A stretch of DNA of 47,957 nt, taken from assembly GCA_013205535.1 (NCBI GenBank), contig JABMMN010000008.1, positions 1 through 47,957 on the forward strand, in the 5' to 3' direction. The notes beneath the pieces were generated by a model that worked only from the letters and a program-made list of their open reading frames with translations, ran no database searches and was not told the DNA's origin. Within the stretch, counting starts at the first letter, position 1, and every line of letters starts with the position of its first letter. The position numbers and the translations under genes were made by a program. The stretch is from Candidatus Planktophila sp. (GTDB lineage: Bacteria; Actinomycetota; Actinomycetes; Nanopelagicales; Nanopelagicaceae). Shown in pieces: positions 7,869 to 18,449 of the stretch.

Positions 7869-10388
7869 ATGAGTAAGTTACCAACAAAGGCAAAGTGTGT
7901 AGTCATCGGCGCAGGCATTGTCGGAAATGGCATGGTCTATCACCTTGCAAAGCTGGGTTGGAAAGATATCGTCCAGATCGATAAGGGACCCTTGCCAAAT
8001 CCTGGTGGATCTACAGGACATGCCTCGAACTTTATATTTCCAGTTGATCACTCAAAAGAGATGACGGCGATAACGGCCGAGAGTATGCGTCAATATAAAG
8101 AGTTTGGGACATTTACCGAGTCAGGTGGAATCGAAGTCGCTCGCACACCAGAGCGCATGCAAGAGCTTGCACGGCGAATAACATCGGCAAAGTCATGGGG
8201 CATTGAAGGGGGTCGTATCCTCACACCTGCTCAGGTCAAAGAGTTAGTTCCCTACATCGATGAGAGCGTCATATTGGGGGGCTATTACCAGCCTACGGTA
8301 GGCGTTGTTGACTCACTGCGAACCGGGACCCTGATGCGTGAAGAGGCTGCAAAGATGGGCGCAGCCCAATCATTTGCAAATATTGAAGTACTAGATATCT
8401 CTGTCGCAGACGGACGAGTCACTGGGGTTGTGACAGATCAAGGCACTATCGAGGCAGATTACGTCGTGATTGCAACTGGATGCTGGTCACCCAAGCTTGC
8501 AGCGATGGCTGGGGCTCATATTCCATTGACTCCTGCAGTACACCAGATGAAAGATATTGGGCCCGTGCCTTTCTTTGCTCAAACCAAGGGCGACATCGAG
8601 TGGCCGATTGTGCGTGATATGGATGTATTCATGTATGAGCGCCAACACGGGACTGGACTTGAAATCGGCTCATATGCTCACCGTCCGATTCTTTACACTC
8701 CTGAAGATATCCCTTCAAATGCCACAGCAACCCTGTCTCCAACAGAGTTTGCCTTCACTCAAGCAGATTTTGATATTCAAGATGAGCACTCTTACGAACT
8801 TATGCCCTCAATCGTGGGTGATGAAAACGTTCGTGAGAAGTATGCATGTAACGGAATCCTCTCCTATACACCGGATGGAATGCCAATCCTTGGAGAGACC
8901 CCGGAGGTCAAGGGCCTGTGGTCGGTAGCCGCTGTTTGGATTAAAGAGGGCCCAGGAACCTCAAAATCCGTAGCCGAGTGGATGGTCCTTGGTGATTCAC
9001 ACATCGACCTGCATGCATCAAATATTGCACGCTTTCATGAACACCAGAAGGCACAGTTTCATATCAAATCACGTGTCAATGAGAGCTTCAACAAGACATA
9101 CGGGATCGTGCACCCTCTCGAGCAGTATGCATCGAATCGAAATGTCCGCCTCTCGCCATTCTATGAATTAGAGAAAGAGCTTGGCGCGGTCTTCTATGAG
9201 ACCGCTGGTTGGGAGCGTCCATTCTGGTATGAATCAAATAAGAATCTGCTCGCAAAGTTTGGTGACAAGGTGATGCCACGCACGGCTGAGTGGGAGTCGC
9301 GTTGGTGGTCACCGATTATCAATGCAGAGCACCTACAAATGCGTGAGAGTGCGGGCATCGTCGATCTCTCAGCCTTCACGATCTTTGATGTGACTGGACC
9401 ATCGGCACTGGCCGTTGTCCAAAGAGCCGCGCTGCGTCAGATGGATGTCGCAATCGGAAGAGTGGTCTACACACCAATTCTGGGTCCCAATGGTGGATTC
9501 AAATCGGATTTAACGATCATGCGCTTGGATACCAATCACTTCCGTGTGGTCACGGGTGGGGCTCATGGAATGGCCGATAAAAAGTGGTTCAAAGACCTAT
9601 TACCCGAAGATGGCTCTGCACAGATCTCTGACCTCACATCGAGTTATACAACGATTGGTGTTTGGGGTCCTAAAGCCCGCCAGATTATCCAATCCATTAC
9701 TGCAAAGGATATGAACCATGAGGCATTCAAGTTCAGCACCTGCACAGTAATCGAGATAGGACCACTACGCGTGCTTGCTTCGCGAATCTCTTACGTCGGA
9801 GATCTTGGCTGGGAGTTCTATATCCCAATCGAACAGGGCGCACTGTTGTGGAAGATGTTGTGGGAAGCGGGAAAGACACACGAGATGATTCCCGTTGGAA
9901 TTGGCGTCTACGGCACCACGGGTCGACTTGAGAAGTGCTATCGCGCCTATGGTCCAGAGCTCGAGACGGAGTACACAGTCGTTGAAGCTGGAATGCAATC
10001 ACCTAAGTTGAAAGAGGCCGACTTTGTTGGCAAAGCGGCACACATCAAGCATCGCAGCGAGAGGCCTGTCACGATGCTCTGTACGCTCTTTGTCGATGAT
10101 CACAGATCATCAAATGGGGAGAAGCGCTACATGATGGGCAATGAACCAATCCTGACTTTGGATAAGCAGCCAATTATCGATACTCATGGTCGCCGCTCAT
10201 ATGTCACTAGTGCGGGATCTGCCCCATCACTGGGTAAGCATATTTTGATGTCTTATCTGCCGACAGAGCTCGCCGTTGCTGGCAATAAGTTCCTCGTGGA
10301 GTATCTGGGCGAGCACTATCCGTGCTCCATCACCGAGGTCGGTGCCACATCGGTCTTTGATCCCTCAAATGAACGGATCATGGCCTAA
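7869..10388 (+). CDS. Dimethylglycine/sarcosine dehydrogenase-like flavoprotein with C-terminal GcvT folate-binding domain
   Basis: 'VVIGAGIVG', 'GGSTGHA' (His for covalent FAD), 'YTPDG.P.LG', 'GWERPFWY', 'RISYVGDLGWE', 'RLEK.YR'. 839 aa; coupled to ETF genes. Confidence 0.85.
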   Translation: MSKLPTKAKCVVIGAGIVGNGMVYHLAKLGWKDIVQIDKGPLPNPGGSTGHASNFIFPVDHSKEMTAITAESMRQYKEFGTFTESGGIEVARTPERMQELARRITSAKSWGIEGGRILTPAQVKELVPYIDESVILGGYYQPTVGVVDSLRTGTLMREEAAKMGAAQSFANIEVLDISVADGRVTGVVTDQGTIEADYVVIATGCWSPKLAAMAGAHIPLTPAVHQMKDIGPVPFFAQTKGDIEWPIVRDMDVFMYERQHGTGLEIGSYAHRPILYTPEDIPSNATATLSPTEFAFTQADFDIQDEHSYELMPSIVGDENVREKYACNGILSYTPDGMPILGETPEVKGLWSVAAVWIKEGPGTSKSVAEWMVLGDSHIDLHASNIARFHEHQKAQFHIKSRVNESFNKTYGIVHPLEQYASNRNVRLSPFYELEKELGAVFYETAGWERPFWYESNKNLLAKFGDKVMPRTAEWESRWWSPIINAEHLQMRESAGIVDLSAFTIFDVTGPSALAVVQRAALRQMDVAIGRVVYTPILGPNGGFKSDLTIMRLDTNHFRVVTGGAHGMADKKWFKDLLPEDGSAQISDLTSSYTTIGVWGPKARQIIQSITAKDMNHEAFKFSTCTVIEIGPLRVLASRISYVGDLGWEFYIPIEQGALLWKMLWEAGKTHEMIPVGIGVYGTTGRLEKCYRAYGPELETEYTVVEAGMQSPKLKEADFVGKAAHIKHRSERPVTMLCTLFVDDHRSSNGEKRYMMGNEPILTLDKQPIIDTHGRRSYVTSAGSAPSLGKHILMSYLPTELAVAGNKFLVEYLGEHYPCSITEVGATSVFDPSNERIMA

Positions 10389-11143
10389 TGGATGTGCTTG
10401 TCTGTTTGAAACGAGTTCCATTAGCAGGTGGAACTCTGATCCTGACCCCAGATGCACGTGATATCGAGACTAAACATCTAGGTTTTGGAATCAGTCCACA
10501 TGAAGAGAATGCCGTTGAAGCTGGAGTGCAGTTAGTCGAGCAGATGGGTGGCACTCTGACGCTTTTGACTCTTGGCCCAAGTGATGCCGAGGAGCAGTTG
10601 CGCTCTCAATTGGCGATCGGTGCTACACGTGCAGTGCTCATCGAAACCGATGGACAAGAGTGGGATCCTCAGGGGACGGCAGCTGCATTGGTGGATGCAA
10701 TCAAGGCCGAAGAGACGAAGTTTGATCTGATCATCTTTGGCGCAGAGTCGGCCGATAGTGCAGGTTATCAAATCCATATTCGAATGGCTCACGCCTTGGC
10801 TCTACCTATCATCACGAATGTGAAGTCGATGAAAGTTGAAAATGGCACGGTCAGTTGTGATCGTGTCGTTGCGAACGGGCGCGAGCACTACGAGGCTCCG
10901 CTACCAGCGATAGTCACCGTGCGAGATGGTCTGAATATCCCTCGCTACCCATCGGTACCAGGACGTATGCAGGCGCGAAAAAAGATTGTAGATATGAAAA
11001 AAGCCGAGGCTCGTGTCCCAAAGCTGGAAAAGGTAACACTGGCCCTTGCACCATCAAAGGATAAAAGCGCACAGATTCTTGGAAAAGGTGCCGATGCAGT
11101 ACCTGCCTTAGTCGATGTCTTGAAACAGATTGGAGCTGTGTGA
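10388..11143 (+). CDS. etfB: Electron transfer flavoprotein beta subunit
   Basis: 'VCLKRVP', 'ENAVEAG', 'GAESAD', 'PRYPS'. Confidence 0.92.
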   Translation: MDVLVCLKRVPLAGGTLILTPDARDIETKHLGFGISPHEENAVEAGVQLVEQMGGTLTLLTLGPSDAEEQLRSQLAIGATRAVLIETDGQEWDPQGTAAALVDAIKAEETKFDLIIFGAESADSAGYQIHIRMAHALALPIITNVKSMKVENGTVSCDRVVANGREHYEAPLPAIVTVRDGLNIPRYPSVPGRMQARKKIVDMKKAEARVPKLEKVTLALAPSKDKSAQILGKGADAVPALVDVLKQIGAV

Positions 11144-12102
11144 TGATTTTAGTTCTCATCGATCACGATCGTGGAGAGATAGATCCTCTTTCACTGCGCG
11201 CATTGACCGCCGCTAAAAAATTAGATCAGGATGTAGAGGCGGTAGTCATTGGTAGCGATGGTGCGATTCTCGCTGGCATCGCAGGTGAATACGGAGCAAA
11301 GGTGCTACACGTTGCATCCCACAGTGCGATTGGTGACTACACACCCATGGCCTCAGGCCGGGCACTCAAAGATCTCGTGGCAAAACTCAATCCCGCTGCA
11401 GTCTTGGCCGCTGGAAGCCCACGCGGAAATGAACAGTTAGCCCACCTTGCCGCCTTCCTTGATATTCCAATGGCCGCTGAATGTTCAGAGATCACATTGG
11501 GTAGGCCTCACAACGTGCTACGTGCACGATGGGCAGGCAACTTGATTGAGTCGGCACTCGTTCACTCACAACTTCTGGTTGCAACGATCCTAAGTTTCTC
11601 CACTGAGCCACAATCATTAGGTGGGCCAGCGGCATCGGTTGTGCAGTTCGAACCTGCACTCGAGCCGGCAGACTCTGTCGTAAAGATCCTCAGTCGCGAT
11701 GCTGGGGAGTCAAAGGGTGGAGTGACTCTCAATGATGCAAAGGTCATCGTCTCAGGTGGTCGTGGTGTTGGCGGGCCCGATGGATTTGGCAATTTAGAAG
11801 AGCTCGCAGCCCTTCTTGGTGGGACAGTTGGATGTTCTCGCGTCGTGACAAGCTCTGGTTGGAGGCCACATGCAGAGCAAGTGGGTCAGACCGGTACGAA
11901 GGTTGCACCAGATCTGTATATCGCTGCCGGTATCTCAGGGGCGATGCAACATATTGCCGGCATGAAGAATAGTAAGACGATTGTTGTCATCAATACCGAT
12001 CCTGAGGCCCCGATCCTTCGTTACGCCGACTATGCGATTATCGGGGATCTACACCAAGTTATTCCTGCGCTTACGAGCGCAATCCGTGCAGCCAAGGGAT
12101 AG
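11143..12102 (+). CDS. etfA: Electron transfer flavoprotein alpha subunit
   Basis: 'VSGGRG', 'QVGQTG', '[15 protein letters not shown]', 'INTDPEAPI'. TGATG coupling to etfB. Confidence 0.93.
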   Translation: MILVLIDHDRGEIDPLSLRALTAAKKLDQDVEAVVIGSDGAILAGIAGEYGAKVLHVASHSAIGDYTPMASGRALKDLVAKLNPAAVLAAGSPRGNEQLAHLAAFLDIPMAAECSEITLGRPHNVLRARWAGNLIESALVHSQLLVATILSFSTEPQSLGGPAASVVQFEPALEPADSVVKILSRDAGESKGGVTLNDAKVIVSGGRGVGGPDGFGNLEELAALLGGTVGCSRVVTSSGWRPHAEQVGQTGTKVAPDLYIAAGISGAMQHIAGMKNSKTIVVINTDPEAPILRYADYAIIGDLHQVIPALTSAIRAAKG

Positions 12103-12104
12103 AG

Positions 12105-13769
12105 ATGTCTGATATCGAAATTGCACAGGCTGCGACAATGAAGCCGATCAGTGAGATTGGCGCAGTGCTGGGCATCGATAGTGAGAATCTTGAGGCCTAT
12201 GGCAGGTATAAGGCCAAGGTAAATGTGAAATACCTGACGGCGCTTCCAGAGCGCAAAGGATCGAAGTTAATTCTCGTCACTGCAATCAGTCCAACACCTG
12301 CAGGTGAGGGAAAGACAACGACCACCGTTGGCCTAGGTGATGCACTCCGTCATATCGGTAAAAACGCGATGATTGCACTGCGCGAGCCATCTCTGGGTCC
12401 TGTCTTTGGGATGAAAGGTGGAGCCGCAGGCGGAGGCTTTGCTCAAGTTGTCCCGATGGAGGATATCAATCTGCACTTCACTGGGGATTTTAATGCGATA
12501 GCCCTTGCTAATAACTTACTTGCAGCCCTTCTTGATAACCATATTCACCACGGTAACGAGCTCGCAATCGACATTCGCCGAGTGGTGTGGAAGCGCGTTA
12601 TCGATATGAATGATCGTGCACTTCGTGAAATTATTCAATCTATCGGGGGAGTTGGTAACGGCTATCCCCGAAGTGATGGCTTTGACATCGTTGTCGCATC
12701 AGAGATTATGGCTATCTTCTGTCTTGCCACATCCATTGAGGACCTGAAGGAGAGAATCGGAAGAATTGTTGTCGCCTATAAGAGTGATAAGACTCCAGTT
12801 CTAGCAAGTGATCTCAATGCTCAAGGTGCCATGACGGTCATATTAAAGGATGCCTTTCAACCAAATCTAGTTCAGAGCCTTGAAAATACACCAGCATTTA
12901 TCCATGGTGGACCATTTGCAAATATCGCACATGGCTGTAACTCAGTTGTTGCAACGACCTCGGCTATGAAGTTAGCTGATTATGTGGTGACCGAGGCTGG
13001 TTTTGGCGCCGATCTAGGTGCTGAGAAATTTATCGATATCAAATGCCGTAAGTCAGGACTTCGTCCATCTGCCTGTGTGCTTGTTGCGACAGTGAGAGCA
13101 ATCAAATATCACGGTGGCGCTGATCTCAAGAGCATCACTACTGAGAACTTGAGCGCACTCGAAGCTGGTATCGTCAATTTGGAGCGCCATATCAAAAATA
13201 TTACGAGTGTTTACAATCTACCCTTGGTCGTATCAATCAATCACTTTACGAGTGATACTAAAGCTGAGATAGATCTTCTGCGATCTAGTGTTGAGGCGAT
13301 GGGCGTGAAGATTGTTCTTGCAACGCACTGGGCCGATGGCGGCGCCGGCGCAGCGGATTTGGCTCATGCCGTCGTTGAGCTCTGTGAGCAGGACAGTCAG
13401 ATGAACTTTGTCTATGAGGATGCTCAGACTCTGTGGGAGAAGGTCACTGCCGTTGCGACGAGGGTCTATGGAGCAAAGCAGGTCACCGCTGATACCAAGG
13501 TGATCAACAAGTTAAAGGAGTTCGAGGCATCTGGTTATGCTCACTTTCCGATCTGTGTGGCAAAGACCCAGTACTCCTTCAGTACCGATGCCAGTCTTCG
13601 AGGGGCACCAAGTGATCACACCATCAATATTCGCGAGGTAAAACTCTGCGCAGGTGCCGAGTTCATCGTCATAATCTGCGGAGATGTTATGACAATGCCT
13701 GGCCTACCTAAAACTCCTGCGGCCGAGCGAATTGATTATGTAGATGGAAAGGTCGTTGGTCTCTTCTAG
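12105..13769 (+). CDS. fhs: Formate--tetrahydrofolate ligase
   Basis: '[10 protein letters not shown]', 'KGGAAGGG', 'INLHFTGD', '[14 protein letters not shown]', '[10 protein letters not shown]', 'MTMPGLP'. Confidence 0.97.
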   Translation: MSDIEIAQAATMKPISEIGAVLGIDSENLEAYGRYKAKVNVKYLTALPERKGSKLILVTAISPTPAGEGKTTTTVGLGDALRHIGKNAMIALREPSLGPVFGMKGGAAGGGFAQVVPMEDINLHFTGDFNAIALANNLLAALLDNHIHHGNELAIDIRRVVWKRVIDMNDRALREIIQSIGGVGNGYPRSDGFDIVVASEIMAIFCLATSIEDLKERIGRIVVAYKSDKTPVLASDLNAQGAMTVILKDAFQPNLVQSLENTPAFIHGGPFANIAHGCNSVVATTSAMKLADYVVTEAGFGADLGAEKFIDIKCRKSGLRPSACVLVATVRAIKYHGGADLKSITTENLSALEAGIVNLERHIKNITSVYNLPLVVSINHFTSDTKAEIDLLRSSVEAMGVKIVLATHWADGGAGAADLAHAVVELCEQDSQMNFVYEDAQTLWEKVTAVATRVYGAKQVTADTKVINKLKEFEASGYAHFPICVAKTQYSFSTDASLRGAPSDHTINIREVKLCAGAEFIVIICGDVMTMPGLPKTPAAERIDYVDGKVVGLF

Positions 13770-13785
13770 CTAAAGAAGTGATGTG

Positions 13786-14370
13786 TTAGTTTGAGATCAG
13801 CTCTAATACTTGCGTAGTAAGACCACTATAGCCAGCAGATTGAATCTCAAGGGGTAGTCCAATCTCCTTTGCCGCATCGATAGCGGCTCTCTCTAACTCT
13901 GGTGTGCGCACTTGGGCCAGCCAGATGACGCGTGTGTAGTTCTTGAAGTAATCATCGCGAAGATGGGGAAACCTATCTAGACCAAGCTCGACGATGACAC
14001 TTCGATGAAATGATTTGACGAGGAAATCAGTCAAGAAATAAGTACCGGCCTCTTGGGCCATCAAACGCTCTATCTCGGTTTTACCGGCAAAGATGTCATA
14101 GCAGTGGTTACCGGCAAGACGCTTAACATGATGTCGCTCGATCACCGCATCCAAAGCCCCATACGTCCCGCAGTCGGCATATGCCACGGCACAGATACTG
14201 TGCTTATCTTTGATCTCATGTAAGAGGGCATCTACCTCACCTGCTATTTTCTCAGGACGGTTATGAAGAAGCGGTGGTAGGGGATAGATAACGACATCGA
14301 GAGAATTCTCTTTTACGATATCGCCGATATGTGTGGCTAGAGCTCCGCAGGCCACTATCCCGATGCTCAT
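13786..14370 (-). CDS. DUF1638-like protein
   Basis: 'IVACGALA', 'LHNRPEKI', 'YADCGT.G.LD', 'HCYD', 'YFLTDFL', 'YF.NY'. Last gene of the corrinoid operon. Confidence 0.75.
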   Translation of the reverse strand: MSIGIVACGALATHIGDIVKENSLDVVIYPLPPLLHNRPEKIAGEVDALLHEIKDKHSICAVAYADCGTYGALDAVIERHHVKRLAGNHCYDIFAGKTEIERLMAQEAGTYFLTDFLVKSFHRSVIVELGLDRFPHLRDDYFKNYTRVIWLAQVRTPELERAAIDAAKEIGLPLEIQSAGYSGLTTQVLELISN

Positions 14371-16241
14371 GCTGGAAAGGCTAGACGATCCACAAACTTA
14401 TCGTTGAAATCTGCGCGATCAGATAGCTCTACATAATCAATCTCATCTAGTAATGCAGCCGCACCGTTACGTTCTGGGGCCGAGAGCAGAACCATCTTTG
14501 CGCCCTCTCCCGCCACATTTCCCGCCGACAAGATCCGCATCACCGATATTTTAGGTACAAGGCCGATCTTTATCGCAGAGGCTGGGGAGAGATAAGAGCC
14601 AAAGGAGCCGGCAAGTAGGACCTGTTGTATCTCGGACTCTGCAACATCAAACTCTTCTAGAAGTAGCGCCCAACCAGTTGCAATCGCTGCCTTTGCGAAT
14701 TGAAGCTCGCGTACATCGCGCTGAGTCAAAAAGACGCAGTCTGATAAATCTCCGACAGCCTTGCTCCATGTCAGGACGAATACTCGCTCACCTTCACGGA
14801 GCATGAGCCGATCGGCCAGAGTCGGTGCAACTCGTTGTGCTGTCTCTTCATCTACAAATTTTCCTGAGTGATCAAGAAGACCAATACCAAAGAGAGCGGC
14901 ACATGCATCGACCAAACCAGAGCCACAAAGACCAATTGCAGGAGCATCATCGATCGTTCCGATTACTAACTCACCATCTTGAATCTTAATTGTCTCAATG
15001 GCACCGGTTGCTGCGCGCACCCCACACTTGATGCTTGCCGCCTCAAAGGCGGGTCCAGCCGGAGCAGCCGTTGCTAAAATCTTGTCACCATCGCCAAGGA
15101 TGATTTCACAGTTAGTCCCAACATCGATGAAGAGACGCAATCTCTTGTCACGATCCATGCCAGATGCCAAAGCCCCAGCGATGATGTCACCGCCAACATA
15201 GGCACCGAGTGATGGAAAAATTACAACCTTTGCCCGTGGATGGATTGCAATCCCGATTTCATGAGCATTAACATCTGGAAAGCCGGCCGCCGACATGATG
15301 AATGGCGCGACTCCGAGCGGCTCTGGATCTATACCCAGCAGGAGATGCATCATGGTTGCATTTCCTGCGATGGCAATCTCATAGACATGAAGTGGATCGA
15401 TACCAGCCTCAAGACAGACCTCTTGCGTGAGTTGATTGAGCGTCTCTTGGGCCAGAGAGGAGAGTTTCTCAAGTGCTGCAGGATCAAGCATGGTTGCACT
15501 TATGCGCGTGATCACATCGGCCCCGAATGGCTGCTGTTTGTTGAGAATCGACTTAACACTCAAGGGAGTGCCAGTATTTAAATCTAAGAGAGTGGCGACA
15601 ACGGTAGTCGTTCCTAAGTCGTAAGCGATACCGTATCGAAATGCTGTAGTGTCGCCAGGTTCGAGATCGATAAAATCCTGATCGACAAAGACTGCCGTGA
15701 CCTTAAAATCTGAGCTACGCATCACTCGAGAGATATTGCGCATAGCCGAAAGGGATGCCGTGCCCTCAATATCCTCGATCGCATCAAAGAGGCGCACGAG
15801 ATCAGTGCGTTGATCATGCAAAGTCGGCTCTTCTAACTCGACATAGCGTTTCTGCACGGCAGGGCGCAAAATGACTTGACGACCAACTCCGACGGTTGCA
15901 GCTTTAGGGCGAGTAGTCAGTGGTGGTACGTCGATAGATACATCGCTACTGGTGCGCACCAAGCATGCTAGGCGCCAGCCCTCTTTGATCTCACTCTCTG
16001 AAAAGGCGCGAAAATCTAACTTTGATGGCGAGACATCTCCATCGGTAATTTTAATACGGCATTTTTTACAGGTTCCATATCCACCGCATGTCGAATCGAT
16101 CGCAATACCGTTCCAGGAGGCGGCATCATATGCACTCACACCAGTTGGCACGGTGATGGTCTTCTCAGATGAGACGGAGTTATCTTTTTCAAGGGATCTG
16201 AAGGCGAGTTTGACCCGCCCAGTGCCATCATGATCGGGCAC
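14367..16241 (-). CDS. ATP-dependent reductive activator of corrinoid proteins (RamA/RACo, ASKHA/DUF4445) with N-terminal 2Fe-2S domain
   Basis: 'CGGYGTCKKC...RLAC' ferredoxin motif, 'DLGTTT', 'GADVITRI', 'DVGTN.E', 'AGPAFE', 'GLCGSG', 'LAGSFG', 'GNVAG.GA'. Confidence 0.9.
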   Translation of the reverse strand: MPDHDGTGRVKLAFRSLEKDNSVSSEKTITVPTGVSAYDAASWNGIAIDSTCGGYGTCKKCRIKITDGDVSPSKLDFRAFSESEIKEGWRLACLVRTSSDVSIDVPPLTTRPKAATVGVGRQVILRPAVQKRYVELEEPTLHDQRTDLVRLFDAIEDIEGTASLSAMRNISRVMRSSDFKVTAVFVDQDFIDLEPGDTTAFRYGIAYDLGTTTVVATLLDLNTGTPLSVKSILNKQQPFGADVITRISATMLDPAALEKLSSLAQETLNQLTQEVCLEAGIDPLHVYEIAIAGNATMMHLLLGIDPEPLGVAPFIMSAAGFPDVNAHEIGIAIHPRAKVVIFPSLGAYVGGDIIAGALASGMDRDKRLRLFIDVGTNCEIILGDGDKILATAAPAGPAFEAASIKCGVRAATGAIETIKIQDGELVIGTIDDAPAIGLCGSGLVDACAALFGIGLLDHSGKFVDEETAQRVAPTLADRLMLREGERVFVLTWSKAVGDLSDCVFLTQRDVRELQFAKAAIATGWALLLEEFDVAESEIQQVLLAGSFGSYLSPASAIKIGLVPKISVMRILSAGNVAGEGAKMVLLSAPERNGAAALLDEIDYVELSDRADFNDKFVDRLAFPA

Positions 16242-16273
16242 AAGGGATGGATCTAACTCCTTCTTACTAATTT

Positions 16274-17149
16274 TTATTCACTCGCTCCCGCCGCCGCTTT
16301 GGCGGCCTCCATCGCTCTAAAGCGTGTGATCCAGTTTGATCCCCATGGATCTAAGCCAAGGAGTAAATCTGCGGCGCGCACTGATTCCACGATCATAGGA
16401 GTACGAGCATCCATCACCGCACTTGTTAAGCCATGCGACATAGCCGCAGGCAAGAAAGCGGCATTGAGAGCGTGGCGGTATGGAAGACCAAATGAGATAT
16501 TTGATGCTCCAAGTGTCATATTCAGCCCCCATTTTTCACGGATTAAATAGATTGTCTCAAGGGTAATTTTTACCGCTTCAGGATCTGCGCCAACGGTCAT
16601 TGCCAAGGGATCAATCACTAAATCCTCAAGAGGGATACCGTGCTTCTCGACGGCGCGAACGATCTTTTCAGTAATCACCATCCGCTCAGCGGCCGTTGCC
16701 GGAATTCCAGTCTCATCATTGGGAAGTGCGATTATCGCAGCACCATGCTTTTTTATAAGCGGAAGGACTAACTCCATACGATCATCTTCGCCTGTGACAC
16801 TATTTACGAGGGCTTTGCCCTGATATGTTTCAAGGCCTGCTTGTAAGGCCTCGATAATTGAAGAGTCGATACAGATGGGGGTATCGGTAATACTTTGGAT
16901 CAGGGTGATGGCTTTAGCTAAGAGTGCAGGCTCATCAGTCAGAGGCACGCCCATATTGACATCTAGTACGTCTATACCCCCGGCAATCTGATCATGGACA
17001 TCTTTTTCAATTGCACTCAGATCACCAGCCCGCAGCTGTAGTTGGAACTTTTTACGACCTGTTGGATTGATACGCTCTCCGATAATACAAAAGGGTTGAT
17101 CGTGCCCGATTGTTACCGTCTTGCCTGGTGATGATAAAACTGTATGCAT
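16274..17149 (-). CDS. Pterin-binding methyltetrahydrofolate:corrinoid methyltransferase (MetH pterin domain/AcsE/MtgA-like)
   Basis: 'IIGERINPTGRK', 'LDVNMG', 'IDSS', 'VNSVTGE', 'IDPL', 'GASNISFGLP.R'. Confidence 0.9.
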   Translation of the reverse strand: MHTVLSSPGKTVTIGHDQPFCIIGERINPTGRKKFQLQLRAGDLSAIEKDVHDQIAGGIDVLDVNMGVPLTDEPALLAKAITLIQSITDTPICIDSSIIEALQAGLETYQGKALVNSVTGEDDRMELVLPLIKKHGAAIIALPNDETGIPATAAERMVITEKIVRAVEKHGIPLEDLVIDPLAMTVGADPEAVKITLETIYLIREKWGLNMTLGASNISFGLPYRHALNAAFLPAAMSHGLTSAVMDARTPMIVESVRAADLLLGLDPWGSNWITRFRAMEAAKAAAGASE

Positions 17150-17163
17150 ATCAAGTCTCCTAA

Positions 17164-18060
17164 TTAGTAACTTGGTACTCTGGCAAGATCTGACATAAAT
17201 TGCGCTAAAGAGTCATCATGGCGGAAATCTGTTATGTGGAGTCCACGGACACCGGGGAGAGATAGCGCGTGCTTGGCTAGTTCAAGAGTTAGTTGATAGA
17301 CCTCATCTCTTTGGTCACTAGCGTTTTGTACTCGAGCCATTGAGGCTGCAGGTACATCTATGCCCGCAATCTTATCATTCATGAAGTTTAATGACTTGGC
17401 GCTTTTAACTAAGGCTACCGCTGGAATGAGTTTGAGCTCGGGTACAACCTCTGCCGCACCTTTACAAAAAGCCTCAAGGCGATCGGGGTGATAACAGATT
17501 TGAAGCTGTAAGAAATTGGCACCGGCACGGTGCTTCTTGAGTGCCCGTTGGATTCGATACTCAAAAGGTGGCGCCGCTGCATTTTCAACTGCTCCGATAT
17601 AGAAGTCGGGGGCTGGATCTATCTTTCTTCCCGATAGATAGCTTCCAGTTGCCATTCCCCGAGCGATATTTATGGCCTGGATACCATCAACGTCAAAGAC
17701 TCGGCGAGCCTCAGGCTCATCACCTGCCGTCACATCATCTCCAGTGAGCAGAGAGATATTGGTAATTCCATGCAGGGATGCACCCATCATGTCGGATTGG
17801 ATGGCAAGGCGATTCTTGTCACGACAGACAATCTGCATAATCGGCTCTAAGCCATACATTTTCATCGCAATCGCAGTCGTTGTGTTTGAGGCATGGGCAT
17901 GGGCAGCTGGATTATCAGTTGCATTGACCGCGTCAAACCATGGCGCTAAGCGTGCAGCGTTTTTTTCAACAGATGCCATCCCACCACCATCGATTGATGG
18001 AAACTCAGCAGTAAAAACCAAATCATCTGTATTTTCTAATTTCTCGCGCAGAGTTGACAT
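17164..18060 (-). CDS. metF: Methylenetetrahydrofolate reductase
   Basis: 'NATDNP', 'MQIVCRDKNRLAIQSD', 'LTGDD', 'K..AGA.FLQLQ', 'GVRGLHI'. Confidence 0.85.
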   Translation of the reverse strand: MSTLREKLENTDDLVFTAEFPSIDGGGMASVEKNAARLAPWFDAVNATDNPAAHAHASNTTTAIAMKMYGLEPIMQIVCRDKNRLAIQSDMMGASLHGITNISLLTGDDVTAGDEPEARRVFDVDGIQAINIARGMATGSYLSGRKIDPAPDFYIGAVENAAAPPFEYRIQRALKKHRAGANFLQLQICYHPDRLEAFCKGAAEVVPELKLIPAVALVKSAKSLNFMNDKIAGIDVPAASMARVQNASDQRDEVYQLTLELAKHALSLPGVRGLHITDFRHDDSLAQFMSDLARVPSY

Positions 18061-18440
18061 CAGTGGTCTCTATCTTTTACTGACCAACCAGCCGGTGTCT
18101 GTTGATCGCGCTTGGTTACTAAGTTAATCCACGATGATGAGCCTTGGAGACGCATGTCTACAGGTGGACGTAAATCGTTGTAATGCTCCTTCCACACTTT
18201 TGGCAGTGGAAGTGAGATGGTGCGATCGTAAGCCTTTACCCAGATGCATTGCATTTCAGGTTTTACTTCACAGTTTCCATTCTCTCGCACACCACCACAC
18301 GGACCATTGCGCAGAGTTTTAGGACAGGTCATAGGACAAGTCATTCCCGTCGAGTGCAAAACGCACTGACCACACATGCGACAGTCCCAAACGGGAGCCT
18401 TCAGGGCATGTTCGACTAACGGGAGAAGTTTTTTCAACAT
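18060..18440 (-). CDS. Cys-rich MTHFR C-terminal/MetV-like subunit
   Basis: 'CRMCGQCVLHSTGMTCPMTCPKTLRNGPCGG...CEV....CIW' (8 Cys). Translationally coupled to metF. Confidence 0.82.
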   Translation of the reverse strand: MLKKLLPLVEHALKAPVWDCRMCGQCVLHSTGMTCPMTCPKTLRNGPCGGVRENGNCEVKPEMQCIWVKAYDRTISLPLPKVWKEHYNDLRPPVDMRLQGSSSWINLVTKRDQQTPAGWSVKDRDH

Positions 18441-18449
18441 TGAATCGCC

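Noticed and set aside
16274-17149. Dihydropteroate synthase (folP)
   Set aside because: Same fold, but the GERINPTG and SNISFGLP motifs and the operon context indicate a methyl-THF:corrinoid methyltransferase.
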